This document shows, piece by piece, positions 18,843 through 28,284 of a stretch of DNA of 64,000 bases (its first letter is position 1; each line of letters opens with the position of its first letter). The position numbers and the translations under genes were made by a program. Under the pieces are notes generated by a model. That model saw nothing but the letters and a program-made list of their open reading frames with translations, made no database searches and was not told where the DNA came from. Origin of the DNA: Synergistota bacterium (GTDB taxonomy: Bacteria; Synergistota; GBS-1); assembly GCA_025060595.1 (NCBI GenBank), contig JANXBX010000010.1, positions 2,193 to 66,192 on the forward strand, read 5' to 3'.

Positions 18843-21183
18843 TTTTAATAAGAGCTATATCTAAAACCTCGTTCATTTTTTCAACGAAGCAGAAGCGAAT
18901 CTTCTTTCTTATATCTGGAGCAATTTCCAAGGTATCTTTCTCATTATCCTTTGGAAGTATAACCACGTTTATACCAGCCCTGTGCGCTGCCAAGACCTTT
19001 TCCTTTATTCCTCCAACGGGTAGCACCTTACCCCTTAAAGTTATTTCACCAGTCATAGCTACATCCTTTCTTACAGGATAACCTGTCAAAACAGAAACCA
19101 AGGCAGTAAGCATCGCTACACCTGCAGAAGGCCCATCCTTAGGAATAGCTCCCTCAGGAACATGAATGTGAATATCCAGGTTCCTATAAAAATCATCCCT
19201 TATACTAAACTCTTTAGCATGACTCCTTATATAGCTAACGGCTGCCTGTGCCGACTCTTGCATTACATCTCCAAGATTACCGGTAAGCGTCAACTTACCC
19301 TTACCTTTCATCGTCACAGCCTCAACCAAAAGTATTTCCCCACCTACTTCAGTCCAAGCGAGCCCTGTAGCTATTCCTACCTCGTCCTTTTCCTCAGCAA
19401 CTCCATATCTAAACTTAGGAGGACCGATATATAGATGCAAGTTTTGAGCAGTAACTTTATATTCTTTTTCAGATTTATCCTTGCTCTCAACTATCTTCCT
19501 TGCTATCTTTCTACAAATTGAAGCTATCTCTCTTTCTAAGTTTCTAACGCCTGCCTCCCTTGTATACTCTCTTATGATCTTTTGAATAGCTTGCTCGGTA
19601 ATCTTAACCTTGTCTTCGCTTAAACCATGCCTTTCAAGCTGCTTCGGTATAAGGTGCTTTAAGGCTATCATTATCTTTTCTTCTTCCGTATAGCCAGGTA
19701 TATGAACAACCTCCATCCTGTCTAAAAGAGGCCTCGGAATAGTATAAGTAACATTAGCCGTTGTTATAAACATGACCTCTGAAAGATCAAAGGGAACCTC
19801 AAGGAAGTGATCACTGAAAGAGTGATTCTGCTCAGGATCCAATACCTCAAGTAAAGCAGCAGCTGGATCTCCTCTAAAATCCACACCTATCTTGTCAACC
19901 TCATCAAGGAGAAACACAGGATTTTTAGTACCTGCTTGCCTTATCTTCTGTATGATTCTTCCCGGAAGAGCTCCTACATAGGTTCTCCTATGCCCTCTTA
20001 TTTCAGCTTCGTCCCTAACACCGCCAAGAGAAATTCTAACAAACTTTCTATTTAAGGCTCTAGCTATAGAACGCGCTAAAGACGTTTTTCCAACTCCTGG
20101 GGGTCCAACAAAGCATAAGATCTGCCCCCTCATTTTTTTAGAGAGCTTTCTAACAGCTAAGTACTCCAAGATTCTCTCTTTTACCTTTTCGAGGCCATAA
20201 TGGTCTTCATCAAGTATTTTAGCAGCTCTATTTATATCAAGCTTATCCTTAGTTCGTTTAGCCCAAGGAAGGGATACCAACCAATCAAGATACGTTCTGA
20301 CGACTGTCGCCTCAGCTGTCATAGGAGGCATTTTCTCGAGACGTTTAAGCTCCTGCATAGCCTTTTCCTCAACCTGCGAAGGCATTTTTGCCTCTTTTAT
20401 CTTCTTAGCATATTCCTCTATCTCTTCAGCAAACTCATCGGTTCTACCAAGCTCTTTCTGAATAGCCTTTAGCTGTTCTCTTAAGTAATATTCCTTTTGA
20501 GTTTGCTCCATCTGCTTTCTAACTTCCTCATGTATCTTCTTTTCAAGCTCAAGAACCTCAACCTCTCTAACAAGAAGGGATAAAAGCTTCTTAAGCCTAT
20601 CTTCTGGAAGAATCGCTTCTAGTATCTGCTGCTTCTCTTGAAGCTTAATATGCATGTTAGCAGCAATAATGTCAGCTATCCTACCAGCATCGCTCATACT
20701 CATAATGGTAATCATTATCTCAGGCGGAACCTTAGGATGAAGCTTAACATATTTTTCAAATTCGGAAATCACATTTCTTAAAAGAGCCTCTACATTAGGA
20801 GAGTAAGGAACCTCTAAAGATATAGGAGTTACTCTCGCCTCAAAGAAATCATCGGTCCTTAAGATATTATCTATTCTAACCCTCTCCTTACCCTCAACAA
20901 GAACCTTAACGGTGTTATCAGGAAGCTTAACCATCTGATGAATGTGACAAAGCGTCCCTATACTGTAAAGATCCGACGGTTTAGGTTCCTCAACTTTCGG
21001 ATCTTTCTGTGCTACTATAACTATTAACCTGTTACCAAGCATAGCAACCTCAAGAGCCCTTAAAGATTTAGGCCTTCCCACAAAAAGTGGAACAACTATA
21101 TTTGGAAAAACTATAACGTCTCTTACAGCAAGAAGAGGCAAAATCTCTTGCATCTTTACTTGTGGCAAAAAACCATCCATCAA
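18799..21183 (-). CDS. lon: ATP-dependent Lon protease (LonA)
   Basis: 794 aa. LON N-domain, Walker A GPPGVGKTS, proteolytic PKDGPSAG Ser site. Confidence 0.97.
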   Translation of the reverse strand: MMDGFLPQVKMQEILPLLAVRDVIVFPNIVVPLFVGRPKSLRALEVAMLGNRLIVIVAQKDPKVEEPKPSDLYSIGTLCHIHQMVKLPDNTVKVLVEGKERVRIDNILRTDDFFEARVTPISLEVPYSPNVEALLRNVISEFEKYVKLHPKVPPEIMITIMSMSDAGRIADIIAANMHIKLQEKQQILEAILPEDRLKKLLSLLVREVEVLELEKKIHEEVRKQMEQTQKEYYLREQLKAIQKELGRTDEFAEEIEEYAKKIKEAKMPSQVEEKAMQELKRLEKMPPMTAEATVVRTYLDWLVSLPWAKRTKDKLDINRAAKILDEDHYGLEKVKERILEYLAVRKLSKKMRGQILCFVGPPGVGKTSLARSIARALNRKFVRISLGGVRDEAEIRGHRRTYVGALPGRIIQKIRQAGTKNPVFLLDEVDKIGVDFRGDPAAALLEVLDPEQNHSFSDHFLEVPFDLSEVMFITTANVTYTIPRPLLDRMEVVHIPGYTEEEKIMIALKHLIPKQLERHGLSEDKVKITEQAIQKIIREYTREAGVRNLEREIASICRKIARKIVESKDKSEKEYKVTAQNLHLYIGPPKFRYGVAEEKDEVGIATGLAWTEVGGEILLVEAVTMKGKGKLTLTGNLGDVMQESAQAAVSYIRSHAKEFSIRDDFYRNLDIHIHVPEGAIPKDGPSAGVAMLTALVSVLTGYPVRKDVAMTGEITLRGKVLPVGGIKEKVLAAHRAGINVVILPKDNEKDTLEIAPDIRKKIRFCFVEKMNEVLDIALIKNERREEALGQCLSA

Positions 21184-21195
21184 TCTTTATCCCTC

Positions 21196-22488
21196 CTAAG
21201 CTAACCTTATAAGGGTATCGCTCACCTCTACACTCTTTCTCTTTGGAGGACCTTCCAATATCAAAGGAGAGGCTTTCTTCTCTACAGTTTCTTTAGTTAT
21301 AATGCACTTCCTAACGTTTTCCGAAGAAGGAACTTCAAACATCACATCCAATAGAATATCCTCAATTATAGCCCTTAAACCGCGAGCCCCTGTTTTAAGC
21401 TCTAACGCCTTTTTTGCAATACTTCTTAAGGCATCCTCTTCGAACTCGAGATCCACACCATCAAGTTCAAATATCTTCTTGTACTGTTTAACAATGGCAT
21501 TTTTAGGCTCAGTGAGAATCCTAACCAATGCTTCCTCATCTAAAGGATGCAAGGTAGCAATTATAGGTAACCTTCCTACGAATTCAGGTATCATACCAAA
21601 CTTAAGAAGATCCTCAGGCATAACCCTCTCAAGAATTCTACCTATATCTGTTTCTTCTTCCTTTACAATATCTCTGCCAAAGCCTAAGCTCTTCTTACCG
21701 ATTCTCCTTCCTATTATCTCCGTAAGACCCTCAAAAGCTCCACCACATATAAAAAGTATATTAGTAGTATTAACTGGTATAAACTCTTGATAAGGATGTT
21801 TCCTCCCTCCTCTTGGAGGAACATGAGCCACAGTCCCTTCAAGAATTTTAAGTAGAGCTTGTTGAACACCTTCCCCTGAAACATCCCTCGTTATAGAAGG
21901 ACTATCCCCTTTCCTAGCTATCTTATCTATCTCATCTATATATACTATTCCTTTCTCCGCTCTCTTAACATCAAAATCCGCTGCTTGAAGCAACCTAAGA
22001 AGAATATCCTCTACATCTTCACCAACATATCCAGCTTCCGTCAACGTTGTAGCATCAGCTATAGCAAAGGGAACATTGAGCATCTTAGCTAAAGTTTGAG
22101 CAAGCAAGGTTTTCCCACAGCCTGTTGGTCCTATTAAAAGAATATTGCTTTTTTCTATGTTCATGCTAACTTGTTCACCACAATATATTCTCTTGTAATG
22201 ATTATAAACTGCAACAGAAAGAATCTTTTTTGCCTTTTCCTGTCCCACAACATAATCATCTAGGAACTTCTTTATCTCCGCAGGCTTAGGCAAAGAAGAT
22301 CTTATGGCTACTGGCCTGTCGTCTTCCATCTCCGCATCAAGGATCTGCTTGCAAAGCTCAACACATTCGTTACATATACTAACACCAGGACCCACTATTA
22401 TCCTTTTAACCTCCGCTTGGCTCCTGCCACAAAAGGAGCAAACAAGCTTCTTTTTGTTTTTCTCACTATCCCCTTTAAAAGTTATCAT
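21196..22488 (-). CDS. clpX: ATP-dependent Clp protease ATP-binding subunit ClpX
   Basis: 430 aa. N-terminal zinc finger CSFCG...CNEC, Walker [12 protein letters not shown]-like loop region. Confidence 0.97.
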   Translation of the reverse strand: MITFKGDSEKNKKKLVCSFCGRSQAEVKRIIVGPGVSICNECVELCKQILDAEMEDDRPVAIRSSLPKPAEIKKFLDDYVVGQEKAKKILSVAVYNHYKRIYCGEQVSMNIEKSNILLIGPTGCGKTLLAQTLAKMLNVPFAIADATTLTEAGYVGEDVEDILLRLLQAADFDVKRAEKGIVYIDEIDKIARKGDSPSITRDVSGEGVQQALLKILEGTVAHVPPRGGRKHPYQEFIPVNTTNILFICGGAFEGLTEIIGRRIGKKSLGFGRDIVKEEETDIGRILERVMPEDLLKFGMIPEFVGRLPIIATLHPLDEEALVRILTEPKNAIVKQYKKIFELDGVDLEFEEDALRSIAKKALELKTGARGLRAIIEDILLDVMFEVPSSENVRKCIITKETVEKKASPLILEGPPKRKSVEVSDTLIRLA

Positions 22489-22492
22489 TTAA

Positions 22493-23074
22493 TCACTTCC
22501 TTCTTGTTATCACTTCATCTATTATGCCGTATTCTTTAGCATCTTCTGAAGTCATGTAGAAATCCCTATCAGTATCCCTCTCTATTCTCTCGAGACTTTG
22601 ACCCGTATGCTTAACTAATATCTCATTTATTAATGCTCTGAGTCTCATTATCTCTTTAGCCTGTATATTTATGTCTGTTGCTTGTCCTTGAGCTCCACCA
22701 AGGGGCTGATGAAGCATAATACGCGCATGAGGTAATGCATAACGCTTTCCTTTCGTTCCAGCAGCCAAAAGAACAGCTGCCATACTCGCTGCTTGCCCTA
22801 TACATATAGTACATATGTCAGCCTTTATATACTGCATAGTATCGTATATGGCAAGTCCAGCTGTAACAAGTCCGCCAGGACTATTTATATACACATATAT
22901 ATCCTTTTTGGGATCTTCCGCTTCAAGAAATAGAAGTTGAGCAACGACTATATTTGCCACGTTATCATCTATAGGTTCTCCAATAAATATAATCCTGTCC
23001 TTTAATAACCGAGAGTAAATATCATAAGCTCTTTCTCCCCTATGAGTCTGCTCTATCACTACTGGGATCAACAT
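22493..23074 (-). CDS. clpP: ATP-dependent Clp protease proteolytic subunit
   Basis: The ORF track starts at GTG 23089. The homologous N-terminus [22 protein letters not shown] begins at ATG 23074. Catalytic GQAASMAA Ser and MLHQP His motifs are present. Confidence 0.95.
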   Translation of the reverse strand: MLIPVVIEQTHRGERAYDIYSRLLKDRIIFIGEPIDDNVANIVVAQLLFLEAEDPKKDIYVYINSPGGLVTAGLAIYDTMQYIKADICTICIGQAASMAAVLLAAGTKGKRYALPHARIMLHQPLGGAQGQATDINIQAKEIMRLRALINEILVKHTGQSLERIERDTDRDFYMTSEDAKEYGIIDEVITRRK

Positions 23075-24302
23075 TTCCCCTTTTTTCACCTCTTCCCTTG
23101 ATATACTCTATGATTCTATTAATAGCTTTCCTTCTTATTATATCACTCCTGAGAATCTCCACTCTCTCTTTATCTCCCCAAAAAGCTTTCACCTTCTCAT
23201 AAGGAACATTATTTTCGCTAGCTATTCTTCGAAGTTCTTCTTCTAATTCTCCATCAGTTATAAATATTCCCTCCTTTTCAGCGACCGCATCAAGAACGAA
23301 CTCCCTTTTTAATCTCCTCTCAGCACGCTCTCTATAATATTCGTTAATCTTATCCTCTGTTATTCCTATTCTCTTTAAAAACTCTTCCAAAGTCATACCA
23401 TATTCCTTAGATCTTTCCGCATCTTTCTCCTTAAGATACTCCATTTCCTCAACAAGGGCCTCCTCAGGAACTTCCAACTGAGACAGCTCTACTAATTTAT
23501 CTAAAACCCTTTCCCTAAAGTTGTTCTCAGCTTTTCTTTTAAGTTCTTCCTCAAGCGCCTTTCTTACGGCATCTTTAAACTCCTCCAAGCTTCCAAAACC
23601 CAAGGAGGACGCAAAGGAATCATCAAGCTCTGGTAGCTTCCTCTCCATTATATCCAATATTCTTATTGTAAACCTATCTCCTTTAATTTCAAGTTCCCTC
23701 TCATCACCAACATCTGATCCTTCAAGAGCGTCCTTGATTTCCTCGCTTATAAAAATTTGAACTTTTTTCCACTCCCCGCTTTCCTTATCTTTTAACTCCA
23801 CATGAAGTATATCCCCTACCTTTGCCTTTCTATCTTTTACTTTCTCAAAGTTAGCAAAGCGTTCCTGATAATCCCTCAAAATTCTATTCACCATATCTTC
23901 GGTAACTTCTACCTTCTCTTCTTGGACATCTATATCATCATAATTACCCAGCTTAACCTCTGGTTTTAAAACAAGATCAACAGTAAAGATAAGAGATTTC
24001 CCTTCCTCAATCTGATTGAATGATAAACGAGGCCTTGCTATGGGATTAAGTCCAAGCTCTTTTAAGGCCTCTTCGTAAGCATGTGGAGCTAAATCTTGAA
24101 TAGCCTCGTCATAAATAACCTTTTTACCATAAACAGCTTCAAAAACTTTCCTTGGAACCATACCTTTTCTAAAACCAGGAATATCAGCATTCCTAACAAG
24201 CTTTTTAAAAGCTCTATCTACAGCTTGAGAGAACGCTTCAGCCGGAATTTCAATCTTTACACGTGCATGATGCTTTTCCTTACCCAATATTTCAGCTTTC
24301 AT
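23040..24302 (-). CDS. tig: Trigger factor
   Basis: 420 aa. Ribosome-binding FRKGMVP-type (GFRxGxxP) motif, central FKBP-like region, acidic C-terminal arm. GAGGAGGG SD. The 3' end overlaps clpP. Confidence 0.95.
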   Translation of the reverse strand: MKAEILGKEKHHARVKIEIPAEAFSQAVDRAFKKLVRNADIPGFRKGMVPRKVFEAVYGKKVIYDEAIQDLAPHAYEEALKELGLNPIARPRLSFNQIEEGKSLIFTVDLVLKPEVKLGNYDDIDVQEEKVEVTEDMVNRILRDYQERFANFEKVKDRKAKVGDILHVELKDKESGEWKKVQIFISEEIKDALEGSDVGDERELEIKGDRFTIRILDIMERKLPELDDSFASSLGFGSLEEFKDAVRKALEEELKRKAENNFRERVLDKLVELSQLEVPEEALVEEMEYLKEKDAERSKEYGMTLEEFLKRIGITEDKINEYYRERAERRLKREFVLDAVAEKEGIFITDGELEEELRRIASENNVPYEKVKAFWGDKERVEILRSDIIRRKAINRIIEYIKGRGEKRGNVDPSSDRADS

Positions 24303-24334
24303 AATTTTCCCTCCTCAGATAAAATTAAATATTA

Positions 24335-24365
24335 AAAGGATGCTTCTTAAAAAGAAGCATCCTTT
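24335..24365 (-). terminator. Rho-independent terminator after the tRNA operon (symmetrical, potentially bidirectional)
   Basis: 14-bp perfect stem aaaggatgcttctt / aagaagcatccttt with a 3-nt loop. On the minus strand it is followed by TTTTAATATTTAATTTT. Confidence 0.7.
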
Positions 24366-24393
24366 CTCTTAAACCTAAAAAATACTCTCTTAC

Positions 24394-24480
24394 TGGTGCG
24401 AGAGGCGGGATTTGAACCCGCACGGCTTTTCGCCACTGGATCCTAAGTCCAGCGCGTCTGCCAAGTTCCGCCACTCTCGC
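24394..24480 (-). tRNA. tRNA-Leu (anticodon TAG), type II with long variable arm, CCA encoded
   Basis: Reverse complement: GCGAGAGTGGCGGAACTTGGCAGACGCGCTGGACTTAGGATCCAGTGGCGAAAAGCCGTGCGGGTTCAAATCCCGCCTCTCGCACCA. Acceptor GCGAGAG/CTCTCGC, anticodon loop CTTAGGA, T-loop GGTTCAAATCC. Confidence 0.95.
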
Positions 24481-24514
24481 AAAATCTATCAGAAAGGAAT
24501 AATAAAAGTCAATA

Positions 24515-24592
24515 TGGTGGGTCGTGCAGGACTCGAACCTGCAACCCCCTGATTAAGAGTCAGGTGCTCTATCCTGTTAGAGCTAACGACCC
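24515..24592 (-). tRNA. tRNA-Lys (anticodon CTT), CCA encoded
   Basis: Reverse complement: GGGTCGTTAGCTC...CCTGACTCTTAATCAGG...GCAGGTTCGAGTCCTGCACGACCCACCA. The cloverleaf pairs throughout. Confidence 0.95.
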
Positions 24593-24611
24593 ACCCACCT
24601 AATTTAGAAGA

Positions 24612-24689
24612 TGGGGTGAACGAGGGGACTCGAACCCCCAACCCCCAGGTCCACAGCCTGGTGCTCTAACCACTTGAGCTACGTTCACC
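24612..24689 (-). tRNA. tRNA-His (anticodon GTG) with encoded G-1, CCA encoded
   Basis: Reverse complement: GGTGAACGTAGCTCAAGTGGTTAGAGCACCAGGCTGTGGACCTGG...GGGGGTTCGAGTCCCCTCGTTCACCCCA. The extra 5' G pairs with C73, as is typical of bacterial tRNA-His. Confidence 0.95.
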
Positions 24690-24710
24690 ATAAAAAAAAT
24701 TTATCAAATA

Positions 24711-24787
24711 TGGCGCGCCTGGGGAGACTCGAACTCCCAGCCTACGGATTAGAAGTCCGTTGCTCTATCCTGTTGAGCTACAGGCGC
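24711..24787 (-). tRNA. tRNA-Arg (anticodon TCT), CCA encoded
   Basis: Reverse complement: GCGCCTGTAGCTCAACAGGATAGAGCAACGGACTTCTAATCCGT...GGGAGTTCGAGTCTCCCCAGGCGCGCCA. Confidence 0.95.
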
Positions 24788-24798
24788 ACCTTTCTTTC

Positions 24799-24875
24799 TG
24801 GAGCGGGAAACGGGATTCGAACCCGCGACCCTCGGCTTGGAAGGCCGATGCTCTAGCCACCTGAGCTATTCCCGC
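24799..24875 (-). tRNA. tRNA-Gly (anticodon TCC), CCA encoded
   Basis: Reverse complement: GCGGGAATAGCTCAGGTGGCTAGAGCATCGGCCTTCCAAGCCGA...GCGGGTTCGAATCCCGTTTCCCGCTCCA. Confidence 0.95.
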
Positions 24876-24889
24876 CCACTTAAAGAAAA

Positions 24890-24967
24890 TGGTCGGGGCG
24901 AAAGGATTCGAACCTTCGGCCCCCTGCTCCCAAAGCAGGTGCGCTAACCAAACTGCGCCACGCCCCG
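24890..24967 (-). tRNA. tRNA-Pro (anticodon TGG), CCA encoded
   Basis: Reverse complement: CGGGGCGTGGCGCAGTTTGGTTAGCGCACCTGCTTTGGGAGCAGG...GAAGGTTCGAATCCTTTCGCCCCGACCA. Confidence 0.95.
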
Positions 24968-24976
24968 CCGCTCTAT

Positions 24977-25005
24977 ATTCTATCATGGCAACTATACTTA
25001 GTCAA
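24977..25005 (-). promoter_or_regulatory. Sigma-70-type promoter of the tRNA operon
   Basis: On the minus strand: TTGACT (25005..25000), a 17-nt spacer, then TAGAAT (24982..24977). The predicted start lies a few nt before the tRNA-Pro 5' end at 24967. Confidence 0.6.
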
Positions 25006-25087
25006 TATATTGTTGAGCTCAGACAATCTAACATCTTTCCCAAGAGGAAATCTATACAAATACTATCCTTTAGTATAAAATTGAGCT

Positions 25088-26059
25088 ATGACTGGCAAAG
25101 TTAAAAGCCCAATGTATGGACTCCTAGTGATCTTGGGAGCTATCATAACAGGTGGTACTCTAGGTTACACACTTATAGAAGGATGGACACTATTCGACTC
25201 ACTATACATGACAGTTATAACTATAACAACTACAGGATATAAAGAGGTTGGAGAGCTATCTATAGCTGGAAAGGTTTTCTCCATGATACTTATGTTTCTC
25301 GGAATAGGAGTTTTCTTTTACACCCTTAATACAATCATTCCCATAGTTATAGAAAGAAGAGAAGAGAGGTGGAGAAATCTGTTAAAAAGGATGGAAAACC
25401 ATTGCATAGTGTGCGGTTTTGGGAGAACAGGACACGAGATAGCAAAAAAGCTTCCTAAAGAAAACCTTGTAATAGTAGATAACGACATCAATAAGATAAC
25501 TATAGCGAGAGAGCTTGGCTTAATCGCAATCCATGGAGACTCCACTGAAGAAGAAGTGCTTGAAATGGCCGGTGTAAACAAAGCTAAAACCCTTATAGCG
25601 TGTACTGATAAGGATTCCTCAAACGCCTTTACTATTATAATAGCTAAAGATCTAAACCCTAAAATCCATACCATAGCCGTCTTAAGAAATCCCTCTGGGA
25701 AAAGCAAGCTGAAAAGAGCTGGAGTAGATTTAATACTTTCACCATATGAAGATATAGCGAGAAAGGTGAGCATTGCCATACAAAACCCTGAACTAGCAGA
25801 CTTTATAGAAATAGCAAGCAAAAAGGAAAGCTTAATTATTAGAAAGATAGAGTTACTGAAAACCCCGCTTATAGGAAAGAGCCTTGAAGAAATAGACCTG
25901 AGAAAGAAAACAGGCTGTACCGTAATAGCCATAGAAAGAAACGGAGATATCTTCTTGCCAAACCCTAAAACCTCTCTTAAAGAGGGAGATATAATTTACA
26001 TTATTGGAAGCGAGGGAGAGCTCTGCAACCTTAGAGAAATACTTTCTGATTCTTTATAA
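25088..26059 (+). CDS. MthK-like two-TM ion channel with cytoplasmic RCK (TrkA-N + TrkA-C) domains; atypical TTGYKE filter
   Basis: 323 aa. TM1, pore helix LFDSLYMTVITITTTGYKEV, TM2, then a Rossmann CIVCGFGRTGHEI (RCK/TrkA-N) and a C-terminal TrkA-C-like GKSLEEIDLRKKTGCTVIAIERNG. Confidence 0.85.
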   Translation: MTGKVKSPMYGLLVILGAIITGGTLGYTLIEGWTLFDSLYMTVITITTTGYKEVGELSIAGKVFSMILMFLGIGVFFYTLNTIIPIVIERREERWRNLLKRMENHCIVCGFGRTGHEIAKKLPKENLVIVDNDINKITIARELGLIAIHGDSTEEEVLEMAGVNKAKTLIACTDKDSSNAFTIIIAKDLNPKIHTIAVLRNPSGKSKLKRAGVDLILSPYEDIARKVSIAIQNPELADFIEIASKKESLIIRKIELLKTPLIGKSLEEIDLRKKTGCTVIAIERNGDIFLPNPKTSLKEGDIIYIIGSEGELCNLREILSDSL

Positions 26060-26944
26060 ACCCTTGCTTAATCTATCCAACCTATCCCTTAGTTCCCTAT
26101 AAGATATATCTATCTCTCCGGCCTTATTCCATAGATTTCTGAGATGAGTATCATAAAATATCCTCCATTTCTCATCAAGCCTTTTAAAGCTATCAGCGAG
26201 TGCTTCTAGTTCCTCTTTTATTTTCTCCGCCCTTTCTGAAAGTCTTCTTGCTTGAACACCCGCCTTTATTAGTTCAACTTTATGCGATAGTGTCAGAGGA
26301 GAAACAACATGAACTCCCTTTTTTATAAATTCCCTAAGAAGATCAAAGGCCTCATTAATCAAGAACCAATATATTGACTCCGAAGGAATATAAACAAAAG
26401 CATAAGGAGCCGTTCCAAACTCCGGATTAATATAGTCTTTTTCTATCTTACTTAAATGCATTTTAACATCGTTCAAGAACCTTCTCTTATATTCCTCTTT
26501 ATCCCTTAGATCAGTTACTTCCTTCATCCTGATATAATTATCAAGTGGGAATTTTGAGTCAATGCATATGATTCCCTCAGTAGATTTAATATAGGCATCC
26601 GGTATTTTACCAGCAAAAATCCTTTCTCTTATTCCAAACATATCTGGTGGAAGCTGATCAGATAGAATCCCCTCTAAAGCGATCTCTCCTAGGGATCCCC
26701 TCTCCTGAGGAACTCGTAGAGCCCTTTCAAAAAACTTAGATATTTCCTGAAGCTGTTTTAAATGAACGCCTATTTCCCCTATAGCTCTTTCAAACCCCGT
26801 ATCACGCCAAAGCCTATAAAAAGCCTTCTCAAGCTCAGCTACTTTATCTTCTTTTTTAATCATAAGAAAGACCGCTAACATAACGATTTGAAGTATAACT
26901 ATCGATATTAAAATATACTCCTGCTTCGTCATTCTCCACTCCAA
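26054..26944 (-). CDS. rmuC: DNA recombination protein RmuC family (short form, N-terminal TM helix)
   Basis: 296 aa. The N-terminal hydrophobic helix, a coiled region, and PDAYIKSTEGIICIDSKFPLDNY plus AFVYIPSESIY match the RmuC nuclease-like core. Confidence 0.75.
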   Translation of the reverse strand: MEWRMTKQEYILISIVILQIVMLAVFLMIKKEDKVAELEKAFYRLWRDTGFERAIGEIGVHLKQLQEISKFFERALRVPQERGSLGEIALEGILSDQLPPDMFGIRERIFAGKIPDAYIKSTEGIICIDSKFPLDNYIRMKEVTDLRDKEEYKRRFLNDVKMHLSKIEKDYINPEFGTAPYAFVYIPSESIYWFLINEAFDLLREFIKKGVHVVSPLTLSHKVELIKAGVQARRLSERAEKIKEELEALADSFKRLDEKWRIFYDTHLRNLWNKAGEIDISYRELRDRLDRLSKGL

Positions 26945-28212
26945 AAGCTCTCGTATATATAAGAAGCTTCTTTTTGCATTATTCTTCTATGCTCATCTAT
27001 CTCTTCTAAGTTAAGTTTAAGAACCTCAAAGGTATCAGAACAAAGTTTCCCCTCTAAAACCATCTCTTCCATTATATTTAATGCTGAAATAGGATCCATC
27101 GATTCTCTGTAAGGGCGATCTTCGGTCAAAGCAGTATATATATCTGCAAAGATCATTATTATAGAACCCAAAGGAATGTTTTCCTTCTTAATATGAAAAG
27201 GATATCCACTACCATCAATTTTTTCATGATGTAGAGCTCCCCATGCATTTATTAGTTCAAATCCCTCTATGCTTTCTAAAATTCTATAAGTGTAAAAGGG
27301 GTGTTTTTTAATTAAATTATACTCCTCCTCTGTAAGTTTTCTTGGAACTTCAAGAATGCTCAAAGGAACAGCCAGTTTACCAATATCGTGAAGATAACCT
27401 GCAACCCTAATCAAATTTTTCTCCAATATAGAGAACTTATAAAGCTCAGCAAGTTTTTCTGCAACAGCAGCTACTCCTGCTGAATGCGTAGCTGTAAATC
27501 TACTTCTAAAGTCTATTATATGAGAAAAGAGCTTCGCAAGATCGTTTAAAGTTTTATCATCAAGAAATATAGATGAAACGCCAATGTAACTATAAATGGT
27601 ATTATTTAGATGCTTTGACGAAAGATCAAACCAAAAATACTCTTTATAAGAAAGTTCCATAAAAGCATCCACAGCCTCTGGATGAAAAACCTTTCCCCGT
27701 AAATCTTTAATCCTTTCTCTTATACTTTTAGCCTGCTGAAGAACATCCCCATCAGAGTGAAATAAGGTATCAATTCTGTCAGCCAAGTGGATTATGTGAC
27801 TTTCTAAAGGAATTCTATCACCTTCGCTTTCCTGATTTTGGCCATAATCCCAGCTGTGGTGATGAAACTTAACTATCCTAGCTATATGGTAGAAAGGTTC
27901 AAACAGCTTCAATAATTTAAAACCATTTTTAGCATGGTGATAAATTCCAGGACTATAAATTGACTCAAACTTCAAGGCCTCAAGCCTCTCCTTAACGGAT
28001 AAGGCCCCTATGTCATGCAAAGCTCCCGCCAAAAATATTGCTTCTCTATCTTGATAGGGCAAACCCATAACCTTAGCTATCTCGTAAGCTGAGTAAGCGA
28101 CCCTTATATGATGATTAAAGACAGCCGGGCTCACAAGATCAACAGCGGTAGAAAGGGGAAATATGACCTTAAAAATAGGCAATTTAATACCGCCCTTAGG
28201 AACAAGATACAC
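26929..28212 (-). CDS. Tandem HD-domain protein: a degenerate N-terminal HD domain plus a C-terminal HD-GYP c-di-GMP phosphodiesterase
   Basis: 427 aa. First domain HHIRV...ALHDIGALSV. Second domain THSAGV...YLHDIGKLAVP...HHEKIDGSGYPF...DIYTALTEDRPYR. 16-nt overlap with rmuC. Confidence 0.85.
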   Translation of the reverse strand: MYLVPKGGIKLPIFKVIFPLSTAVDLVSPAVFNHHIRVAYSAYEIAKVMGLPYQDREAIFLAGALHDIGALSVKERLEALKFESIYSPGIYHHAKNGFKLLKLFEPFYHIARIVKFHHHSWDYGQNQESEGDRIPLESHIIHLADRIDTLFHSDGDVLQQAKSIRERIKDLRGKVFHPEAVDAFMELSYKEYFWFDLSSKHLNNTIYSYIGVSSIFLDDKTLNDLAKLFSHIIDFRSRFTATHSAGVAAVAEKLAELYKFSILEKNLIRVAGYLHDIGKLAVPLSILEVPRKLTEEEYNLIKKHPFYTYRILESIEGFELINAWGALHHEKIDGSGYPFHIKKENIPLGSIIMIFADIYTALTEDRPYRESMDPISALNIMEEMVLEGKLCSDTFEVLKLNLEEIDEHRRIMQKEASYIYESFWSGE

Positions 28213-28284
28213 CCTTTTAACGCCTCCTTCACATCTTAATATTTTAAAACTACTTTATTTCCTAAAAACAATATGCTTTCACTT

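Noticed and set aside
24394-24967. tRNA cluster as an integration hotspot or edge of a genomic island
   Set aside because: There is no integrase, no recombinase, and no duplicated tRNA 3'-end fragment that I noticed in the flanks. The flanking genes (tig-clpPX-lon on one side; channel and rmuC on the other) are core-type.
24674-25104. Three ORFs (60-73 aa, both strands) across the tRNA cluster
   Set aside because: They are read straight through the tRNA-Arg, Gly and Pro genes. GC-rich tRNA sequence simply lacks stops. They have no SD and no protein-like composition.
25318-25932. 204-aa antisense ORF inside the channel gene, and similar long shadow ORFs at 21302..21790, 31128..31616, 35483..35980, 40400..41121 and 63430..63813
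   Set aside because: Each is fully nested antisense to a gene with strong family motifs. They have S/L/I/F/P-rich composition typical of shadow frames in AT-rich genomes, and no SD or independent homology that I can recognise.
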